From: Nostoc punctiforme PCC 73102
GTDB lineage: Bacteria; Cyanobacteriota; Cyanobacteriia; Cyanobacteriales; Nostocaceae
Assembly (NCBI RefSeq): GCF_000020025.1
Contig: NC_010628.1
Coordinates: 4,590,001 to 4,622,000 of the forward strand
Direction of reading: 5' to 3'
DNA: 32,000 nt
Part shown: positions 17,240-24,067 of the stretch, piece by piece
Numbering within the stretch: the stretch's first letter is position 1
Layout of the letters: each line of letters begins with the position of its first letter
The notes under the pieces: model-generated
The model's database searches: none
Told to the model about the DNA's origin: nothing
The model's input: only the letters and a program-made list of their open reading frames with translations
Translations under genes and position numbers: made by a program

Positions 17240-17614
17240 TTAAGCAGGCATCATCTGCATACTTCTGCAAGACTCTGCACACTTACGGCAAGCAGCAGCA
17301 CATTCCATCATTTTCATGTCATCGCTCATCATCTCACACGCCATTGCAGTGCGATCGCACATTTCAGCACAGAGCATACAAGTGCGTTCCATGAACTCAG
17401 AACCACTCATCATCATATTCATGCACATCATGCACATTTCAGAGCAATCGCGCATCATGCTCATCATGCTCATCATGTCCTTGTTCATCTGCATACCACC
17501 TTTGGCCATGCAGTAAGTCATGGTTTCCATGCACATTTTATGACAGTCCATACAAACTTCCATACAAGCTTGCATTTCGGCAGTCATGGTTTCATTCATC
17601 ATCATCATCATCAT
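17240..17614 (-). CDS. Met/Cys-rich four-helix-bundle metal-binding protein, DUF326 / Csp3 (YhjQ)-like
   Basis: 124 aa with 41 Met and 16 Cys (hand count). Cys spacing is C-x3-C-x2-C-x3-C-x6-C (CMEVCMDCHKMCMETMTYC), and the C-terminus CRKCAESCRSM parallels B. subtilis YhjQ (...CAEQCRSM). There is an AAGAGG Shine-Dalgarno sequence upstream and no signal peptide. The ORF begins with six consecutive ATG codons. Confidence 0.75.
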   Translation of the reverse strand: MMMMMMNETMTAEMQACMEVCMDCHKMCMETMTYCMAKGGMQMNKDMMSMMSMMRDCSEMCMMCMNMMMSGSEFMERTCMLCAEMCDRTAMACEMMSDDMKMMECAAACRKCAESCRSMQMMPA

Positions 17615-18150
17615 AGGAAGTACCTCTTGATTTTTTGATGCATAAAGAGTTGTCCTTGTAAGGACTACTCACAACATTAATCCTATCCTTTGAAAGAGTC
17701 AATGGGAGTTTTTTGTCCAGAATTTATAAGCCTACTATCCCGATATAATTACCGGAAATTTGGGCAAATCCTACAGAAGTTTGGTGCTATTTTTTTGGTT
17801 ATTCTTACATATTAAGGTTTAGAAACTCTCATTGTGGAGTGGGGTTTATTGAGCAAGTCAACTTTTATATCAGCAAGCAAAAGTTAGAGCTATAATCTAG
17901 ATTGGAACTAATGTCATGATTTCTTGACAAGTGCTTTTTTAGAAACATTTATTAATTTATATTAAGCCAGTATTTATTAGCTCTAATGAATATTTTTTGT
18001 ATTTTCATCGACTTCATTTCAATAAAAAAATCTTAGTATTAAGTAAGCCAGTCTAATAAAATCAAAATGTGTGAAGAAAGGTAAAGAAAGCTAAAACTCT
18101 TCTTCCCTTGCCCTGTCTTATCCCACTGGTAGTTATTTACGCCAACCTAC

Positions 18151-19215
18151 TTATTCTTTCCGCTGTTGCTCCAACCACTGTAAAATCCGATTCCATGCCC
18201 ACCAAGGATCGGAGTCTTGTACTTGACGCTGGCAGTCTTTGCTGCTCAAATAGCCAACATGACCACCGTACTGAGTGAGTAATAAATCTATTGCGGAATT
18301 GCGATCGCAAGCTTCCTTTAATTCCGGTATGATGGCTGGGTCAAAAAGTGGGTCATCAGCAGCATATAAAATCAAAGTCGGTTTTGAGATTTGCGGCAAT
18401 ATTTGTAAAGCACTACTAGCTTGGTAATATGCTTCTACAGAAGAAAAACCTAATCGGTTAATTACCAGTTCGTTATCAAAACCCCAAATACTATTCGCCC
18501 GTTCAATCGATGCTGGGTCAATGCTTCCAGGATGAGCATCATGAATTCGCCATGCTAGTTTTTTTAAATTCTGGGCAATCCCTGCTTCCAAATATCGACC
18601 AAAGGGTTTTGTAACTAGATAAGATAGCGATCGCTCCGAATCCAAACTCGGACAAATCACCATACCACCGCCAATATCGCTGTCTTCTAGTCCTAAATCT
18701 TCATACTCCCTAATTACCTCACCAGCCACCTTCACTGCCCATAGTGCCAATTGCCCTCCCAAAGAAAACCCTGTAAACCAAAATTTCTCAGGACATCCCA
18801 TTGCCTTAGCTGCGGCGGCGATGCGAACAAAATCTTCCCCCTCATACAAACCATCAGAGGTGAGAGTTGGCGACAATTCGGCAGTTTTCCCGTGGGCCCG
18901 CCAATCAAACAACACTACAGCGTATCCTTGAGCGTAGGCTTTACGCCCTAGCACCCTCAAAAACCATTCTGTTTTTAACTCTCCGGTAATGCCGTAAGTG
19001 CCAATAATAGTGCTATGGGCATTTTCCGGGATGGCAACCAAGCCAAAAATTGGCACACCTTGGCCACCAACAAAGATTTTCTCGTGATAAGACGGTTCTG
19101 GGTCTTTAGTAGTATTTTGCCAGTGACGTTTTCCCCACAAAGCAGTGTATACAGTCATCATCACACCGTTTTGTAAAAACCAAGACGGATTGTAGGGGGG
19201 AGTATAACACATCAT
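18151..19215 (-). CDS. Alpha/beta-fold hydrolase (YheT-like)
   Basis: 354 aa. Nucleophile elbow GFSLGG, with candidate Asp (AADDPLF) and His (GGHVGY) residues for the triad. Confidence 0.75.
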   Translation of the reverse strand: MMCYTPPYNPSWFLQNGVMMTVYTALWGKRHWQNTTKDPEPSYHEKIFVGGQGVPIFGLVAIPENAHSTIIGTYGITGELKTEWFLRVLGRKAYAQGYAVVLFDWRAHGKTAELSPTLTSDGLYEGEDFVRIAAAAKAMGCPEKFWFTGFSLGGQLALWAVKVAGEVIREYEDLGLEDSDIGGGMVICPSLDSERSLSYLVTKPFGRYLEAGIAQNLKKLAWRIHDAHPGSIDPASIERANSIWGFDNELVINRLGFSSVEAYYQASSALQILPQISKPTLILYAADDPLFDPAIIPELKEACDRNSAIDLLLTQYGGHVGYLSSKDCQRQVQDSDPWWAWNRILQWLEQQRKE

Positions 19216-19371
19216 AGACTATAAGATTTCATGTAATTGAGTCTTGATTTCACAGTCATTTAATCTTAATATTTATGTAAGATTTAAAAACTTTTTTAGA
19301 ATCGTTTCAAAAATCTTTGTATCTATCAAAGGTTGTTAATTATCCTTAATAAGTAGTAATAATTTTTAAGA

Positions 19372-20115
19372 ATGCCGAGGATTCTTGTCATAGACGATGA
19401 CCCAGCGATTTCAGAACTAGTTGCCGTCAACTTGGAAATGGCTGGCTACGATGTTAGTCAAGCTGAAGACGGCATCAAAGGTCAAGCGCTGGCTCTCCAG
19501 CTTCAACCAGACTTGATCATGCTCGATTTAATGTTGCCCAGAGTAGATGGGTTTACAGTTTGCCAACGTCTGCGCCGCGACGATCGCACCTCTGAGATTC
19601 CCGTGTTAATGTTGACGGCTTTGAGCCAAACTCAGGACAAGGTGGAAGGCTTCAATGCTGGCGCAGATGACTACCTCACCAAGCCTTTTGAAGTTGAAGA
19701 ACTGCTGGCGCGGGTGCGGGCACTTTTGCGACGTACTGACCGCATTCCCCAAGCCGCAAAGCATAGTGAGATTCTGAACTATGGATCATTAACCCTTGTT
19801 CCCGAAAGATTTGAGGCAATATGGTTCAATGACACGGTGAAATTGACTCATTTGGAATTTGAGCTACTTCACTGCTTACTACAACGCCACGGTCAAACAG
19901 TTTCTCCTAGCGAAATCCTCAGAGAAGTTTGGGGCTATGATCCCGATGATGACATAGAAACGATTCGAGTCCATATTCGCCACTTGAGAACCAAGCTAGA
20001 ACCAGATCCCCGCCACCCCCGCTATATCAAGACAGTGTATGGTGCTGGATACTGTCTTGAGTTACCCGGTATCCCTCCATCAATTGAAGGGGCTTCAGTA
20101 ACAGTCGTTGAATGA
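19372..20115 (+). CDS. rpaA: OmpR-family response regulator RpaA (circadian clock output regulator)
   Basis: From memory it is near-identical over its length to Synechococcus RpaA: [63 protein letters not shown], and the w[35 protein letters not shown]. Confidence 0.9.
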   Translation: MPRILVIDDDPAISELVAVNLEMAGYDVSQAEDGIKGQALALQLQPDLIMLDLMLPRVDGFTVCQRLRRDDRTSEIPVLMLTALSQTQDKVEGFNAGADDYLTKPFEVEELLARVRALLRRTDRIPQAAKHSEILNYGSLTLVPERFEAIWFNDTVKLTHLEFELLHCLLQRHGQTVSPSEILREVWGYDPDDDIETIRVHIRHLRTKLEPDPRHPRYIKTVYGAGYCLELPGIPPSIEGASVTVVE

Positions 20116-20219
20116 AATCACGCTAAATTCTCTTAACTAAGCCATCACTTAAGCAAGAACTCTCAGCAACTCTTATTCCTTACCGCTTAGTTAAGGTTAT
20201 TGGTGGGATTTCCTGGTGT

Positions 20220-20248
20220 GTAGAGATGTTGCAATACAACGTCTCTAC
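20220..20248. repeat. Small dispersed hairpin repeat (GTAGAGA-G...CGTCTCTAC family, copy B)
   Basis: GTAGAGATGTTG, loop CAATA, CAACGTCTCTAC: a 12-bp stem with one G-U pair. It overlaps the stop codon of the small minus-strand ORF and lies between convergent genes. Confidence 0.65.
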
Positions 20249-20454
20249 AAGGGATACTGCCTAATTTCAGTTGGCGGACGTTTAATTTCTCCCTCGCAGT
20301 AACCCAGTTCGTACATACTAGCAGCTTGAGAATCTTGTTCTGGTGGCACTTTGGCTTTTCCAGCCCAGACATCAGATTTTCCTAAGTTAAACCAATCTTC
20401 ATTAGTCATCTCTGAACCGAATGTGTTCTCCGTTGTTTTTGTCATTTTAGGCAT
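20245..20454 (-). CDS. Small hypothetical protein (66-69 aa) downstream of the photolyase-like gene
   Basis: The ORF is preceded by CAGGAGG. The second ATG (20445) has the better SD spacing (9 nt). It lies 45 nt downstream of the 20500 stop on the same strand and ends in a hairpin repeat. I recognise no family. Confidence 0.5.
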   Translation of the reverse strand: MPKMTKTTENTFGSEMTNEDWFNLGKSDVWAGKAKVPPEQDSQAASMYELGYCEGEIKRPPTEIRQYPL

Positions 20455-20499
20455 CCTCCTGTACTGGTAAATGACTGGCTTTGAACACCTTGCGATACA

Positions 20500-22011
20500 C
20501 TACGACTGAACGTGCCAATCTTGGGCTTGTTGACGGATAGACTGTAATTCTTCAGGAGACATTTTATCCAAATTTTTTAAAATAAAACTCATCCTTCCTT
20601 GAGATTCTAGTTGTTGGCGATGTCTGTCAAGAAAATCCCAATAGAAGAAGTTGAACGGACAAGCATTTTCACCAACACGCTCCTTATGGTTATAAACACA
20701 ACTTTTGCAATAGTCACTCATTTTATTTATATAGTTAGCAGAAGCAGCATAGGGTTTAGATGCCAACACACCTCCATCAGCAAATAAACCCATACCAATG
20801 ACATTTGTCTGCATTACCCAGTCATAAGCATCAATAAATACTGCGTGGAACCAGTTTTCTACAGATTGTGGTGAAAGTCCGGCAATCAAAGCAAAATTAC
20901 TCAACACCATTAGCCGTTGAATATGATGAGCGTAGCCAGTGCGTTCCACTTGCGTAAGAATCTGATGTAGACAATTCATTTCAGTTCTACCTGTCCAGAA
21001 AAAATCGGGTAGTGGTTGCGTGTGATTAAACCAATTTTTATTTGAGTAATCTGCATCTACATAGTGATAGATGCCGTGCATATATTCTCGCCAACCCAAC
21101 ACCTGACGAATGAAACCTTCCACACTATTTAAAGGCAATTGCTGTTGAAAGTATGCTTGTTGTACGGCTTGAATTACCTCCATTGGTTGGAGTAATCCAA
21201 TATTCAAATAAGGAGAAAGTAGCGCGTGCCACATTGTTTCTTCTCCCGTTACCATTGCATCTTGGTAGGGGCCAAAATGCGGTAGACGATTTTGAATAAA
21301 CCAGTCTAATACTTGAAGTGCTTGTTGACGATTTATCCCCCAGCGAAAAGGTTTTATTTCTCCATAAGTTGGGCAAGTGAGAGAATTAACTTGAGCAATC
21401 ACATCAAGAGTAATTTCATCTGATTCAAACCATTGTGTAGGTGGTGTATTTAATTTACCTTTGGGTGGTTGACGATTTTCTTTATCTAAATTCCACTTTC
21501 CGCCGACTGGTTTATCCTTCTCCATTAAAATTTGGAACCGTCGCCTTCCTTCCCGATAAAAGTCTTCCATTAATAGGCGCTTACGACCTGATGCCCAATT
21601 ATTGAATTCTTCTGTACTCCACAAAAAATGATTGTTAGGAATCAAAGTGATTGTGCAAAGAAGTTCTAAACTTTGAATTATTTGGGTGAACGGTAGATCA
21701 TTCGGTGTCATCACCCGCAACTGAGTAATTTGATTTTCCTTAATCCATTCTTGGAGTGGTGTTTCAAAATCTTCAGCTATTTTGTATGTTACTGAATATT
21801 TTAGTTGTCGCAACTCTTGGGCAAAATGCCTCATTGCCGACCAAAGTAAGACTAGCTTTTGCCGATGGTAAGGTCTGACTTGAACATGACGCAGTGACTC
21901 GATCAAAATTACAGGTACGTTTTCCTGATGCAAACAACTTTGTAAAGCTGCTTGTTTTACCCAAAGTTGGTCGCCTAATACCCATACTCCAATTGTCATT
22001 GTTAGTACCAC
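20500..22011 (-). CDS. Cryptochrome/photolyase family protein of the FeS-BCP / CryPro type (PhrB/CryB-like, putative (6-4) photolyase)
   Basis: ~500 aa. It shows the photolyase-related (COG3046-like) pattern WREYMHGIY and a C-terminal Cys cluster (MNCLHQ..., DYCKSCVYNHKERVGENACPFNFFYWDF) consistent with the four [4Fe-4S] ligands of this subfamily. The 22011 start is GTG; the ATG at 21999 (MTIGVWVLGDQLW) is more likely. Confidence 0.8.
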   Translation of the reverse strand: MVLTMTIGVWVLGDQLWVKQAALQSCLHQENVPVILIESLRHVQVRPYHRQKLVLLWSAMRHFAQELRQLKYSVTYKIAEDFETPLQEWIKENQITQLRVMTPNDLPFTQIIQSLELLCTITLIPNNHFLWSTEEFNNWASGRKRLLMEDFYREGRRRFQILMEKDKPVGGKWNLDKENRQPPKGKLNTPPTQWFESDEITLDVIAQVNSLTCPTYGEIKPFRWGINRQQALQVLDWFIQNRLPHFGPYQDAMVTGEETMWHALLSPYLNIGLLQPMEVIQAVQQAYFQQQLPLNSVEGFIRQVLGWREYMHGIYHYVDADYSNKNWFNHTQPLPDFFWTGRTEMNCLHQILTQVERTGYAHHIQRLMVLSNFALIAGLSPQSVENWFHAVFIDAYDWVMQTNVIGMGLFADGGVLASKPYAASANYINKMSDYCKSCVYNHKERVGENACPFNFFYWDFLDRHRQQLESQGRMSFILKNLDKMSPEELQSIRQQAQDWHVQS

Positions 22012-22022
22012 TAATACCCATA

Positions 22023-22057
22023 CCTACAGATAAACATAGATAGTGCTTATCTGTAGG
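22023..22057. repeat. Inverted repeat between the DUF62 gene and the photolyase-like gene
   Basis: CCTACAGATAA (22023-22033) pairs perfectly with TTATCTGTAGG (22047-22057), with a 13-nt loop. There is no T-tract, so a terminator role is uncertain. Confidence 0.4.
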
Positions 22058-22081
22058 GTGTGGTGGAGGAGTAGATTTAAT

Positions 22082-22873
22082 TTAGGCAATTCGAGTTACT
22101 TGCTGATTCACACGGGGACGGCCAAAACGCTCCCAAGCACTCCCTCCTCGCAGAAACAATTCTAAAAAGCGCAATGGTTCCCCAGAATCGCCTGTTGGCC
22201 AACCGGAACTACCTGGAGCAAAGGCTAAAGTTCCTTCAGATACCTTGAAGCTGCCATCAGAATATACTGCATCACTAACCACATCTCCAATCCGAATCAC
22301 AATCTTGCTTTGAGGCTCCAAGTTAAGTGTATGGGCCCCAATAGTTGTTTTGATGTTGCCATAGCCATCAATCCAGGCAATTCGATCTGGTGGAACATCG
22401 GGGATTTGCTCACTCTTAAGACTATCTCCCAGAAGGCTAAAATCTTCATTCATAATGGCCGCCGCTGCTGGAGGAAAGACATCCCGTGAGCGAAACTGCG
22501 AACCACCACGAGAAACGTTCACTACTCGCAACTCTTTTGTATAGTCTTTGATAAAGGAGAGGGTGTAGCCCGCATTTACACCTACTACTTTTACACCATT
22601 AGATAAAAGGGCATAAGTTAAACCTTCACCTTCATTGTCTCGACGGGCTTCAGGATCATCCTGACGAGGGGCACAGTTGTGATAAATTAGGCGATCGCTA
22701 GGGCCAGGGTTGAGTCCTAGTTGGGCAATCCAGAATCCCGTTGCTAAGGTACTGAATGCTGGAACCGAAAGCAAATGAATTTGGGCATGGGGAAAAGCCA
22801 TCAGCAGACGTTGTGTGACTTCTGTAAATGCCGGATCTCCTGTACCGTAGTCTGCAATGACACAAATAAACAT
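22082..22873 (-). CDS. SAM hydrolase / SAM-dependent halogenase family protein (DUF62), divergent member
   Basis: 263 aa. IADYGTGDPAFTEV matches TDFGxxDxYVGxMK. SQFRSRDVFPPAAAA matches STFHGRDIFGPAGA. IDGYGNIKTTI matches IDxFGNxITNI. GTLAFAPGSSG...LELFLRGGSAWERFG matches the family C-terminus. A strong SD (AAGGAGG) lies upstream. Confidence 0.7.
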   Translation of the reverse strand: MFICVIADYGTGDPAFTEVTQRLLMAFPHAQIHLLSVPAFSTLATGFWIAQLGLNPGPSDRLIYHNCAPRQDDPEARRDNEGEGLTYALLSNGVKVVGVNAGYTLSFIKDYTKELRVVNVSRGGSQFRSRDVFPPAAAAIMNEDFSLLGDSLKSEQIPDVPPDRIAWIDGYGNIKTTIGAHTLNLEPQSKIVIRIGDVVSDAVYSDGSFKVSEGTLAFAPGSSGWPTGDSGEPLRFLELFLRGGSAWERFGRPRVNQQVTRIA

Positions 22874-23096
22874 TCTGCTCCTCCTTCCTTAGCAAGTAAT
22901 TTGCAATCAATGGTTAGGCAATAGGTGGTTTTAAACGCCCCACAGGCCCTGCCTCATCAGTAGTTTAGGTGCGATCTCAACTATATACAAGATTTCTACA
23001 TAACATTGAGCGTAATTTTCCACTAACAAAATGCTGGAATCACCAACCTAGATTAATTACATCAGTCATCATGTGATTACAGGTTGAAATAAGCAG

Positions 23097-24053
23097 TTGT
23101 CTGTTCATTTCACTCCTATTAATAACGTTAAAGTCTTAGTCAACGCAATGAAAACAATCACCTCACTTTTTAGCGAAGAACGCAACCAACTCCAGACAGA
23201 TATTGATAACACAACCAACATCGAGGAGATAGTTAAGTTGGTTCAGAATCGACTTGATAATCTCGAAAGAATTTACATTGAAAAGCTTAATTTAGCTCAA
23301 GTTCGTCTAGCTTCATTTTTCCTAGATACCCTGCGGCAGTCCATCGCCACTCTCGCTGCGGCTAACTATTCTCAAATTGCTCCAACAGAACAAAAGCAAT
23401 TTACTAACCCAAGTACAAACCTTTTTTCCACCAGATTAATCCTGAAACTGCTAAAAGGACTAATTTATATCGGCATCTTAGGTTCGTTATTCTCTTTAAC
23501 TAAAACTACCCCAGGTGCGTGGATGGCTATCTTACTAACCTCTATACTTCTAGGGGTAGAAGTTGTGCTTCAACTCGACTTAAATAATCAGCGAAATTCT
23601 ATATCTTCAGAGCTATTGGAATTACCTAAACCTCTGCTCCGGGTTGATAGTAAGGTATTTTTAGATCATCTTGGTGATGCTCTCAACACTATCGACCTAG
23701 CAGTAGCTAGAGTAGAAGAATGGAATAAACATGAAGGCGATCTAGCAATAGAAGAACTGCCAGAGTTATTAAATTTTCTGCAAAGGCTAATGGGCGCATC
23801 TAAACTTGATAAACCCCAAATGGCTTATGAACTTGCAAAACTTCTGCCACAGATTTTAATGTCTCAGGGAATTAACACTCAAATTTACCGACCAAATGAC
23901 CCTCACAGCGATCGCAATTATTTTGACTTTGAGCCAAGTATCGACCCTGATACCAAAGATCACGTAACTCTAACTCCGGCTTTGTTGAAAGGCGATCGCT
24001 TGATTCGGCGCGGTAGAGTAATTGAGCCAGCATATTCCGCTTCTAGAGAATAA
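23097..24053 (+). CDS. Membrane-inserted coiled-coil protein with a GrpE-like C-terminal half
   Basis: The track start is a TTG; the ATG at 23148 (MKTITSLFSEERNQ) is more likely. There is a hydrophobic hairpin at aa 113-160 (nt 23433-23576). FLDHLGDALNTIDLA and the C-terminus QGINTQIYRPNDPH...YFDFEP...VTLTPALLKGDRLIRRGRVIEPA parallel GrpE motifs. The stop is 14 nt before the Hsp70-like gene. Confidence 0.5.
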   Translation: MSVHFTPINNVKVLVNAMKTITSLFSEERNQLQTDIDNTTNIEEIVKLVQNRLDNLERIYIEKLNLAQVRLASFFLDTLRQSIATLAAANYSQIAPTEQKQFTNPSTNLFSTRLILKLLKGLIYIGILGSLFSLTKTTPGAWMAILLTSILLGVEVVLQLDLNNQRNSISSELLELPKPLLRVDSKVFLDHLGDALNTIDLAVARVEEWNKHEGDLAIEELPELLNFLQRLMGASKLDKPQMAYELAKLLPQILMSQGINTQIYRPNDPHSDRNYFDFEPSIDPDTKDHVTLTPALLKGDRLIRRGRVIEPAYSASRE

Positions 24054-24067
24054 TAGACAATAAGGGT

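Noticed and set aside
17316-17516. 66-aa plus-strand ORF antisense to the Met-rich gene
   Set aside because: This is a shadow frame. It is the reverse complement of dense ATG/TGC codons (CAT/GCA), giving His/Ile/Ser-rich nonsense with no SD.
17924-17960. Promoter-like TTGACA box on the plus strand in the AT-rich 17615-18150 region
   Set aside because: There is no convincing -10 hexamer at 17+/-1 nt spacing. In DNA this AT-rich such matches are expected by chance.
20132-20195. 11-bp inverted repeat CTTAACTAAGC ... GCTTAGTTAAG downstream of rpaA
   Set aside because: The 42-nt loop and lack of a T-tract make a terminator call weak. An 11-bp match in AT-rich sequence is not compelling on its own.
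19372-22011. Functional link between rpaA (clock output) and the adjacent cryptochrome/photolyase-family gene
   Set aside because: The genes are convergent, separated by a hairpin repeat and a small ORF, and nothing in the sequence couples them. Adjacency alone is not evidence.
21125-22021. ORFs 21125-21376 and 21773-22021 (minus, alternative frames) within the photolyase-like gene
   Set aside because: These are off-frame shadows of a well-supported 503-aa ORF.
22082-22873. Idea that the DUF62 gene is a fluorinase
   Set aside because: Only a single by-eye Ser coincidence (QFRSRD against TFYSRE) supports it. The long loop insertion characteristic of fluorinases is not evident, and no fluorometabolite genes are nearby. 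I retained only the weaker claim of atypical active-site residues.
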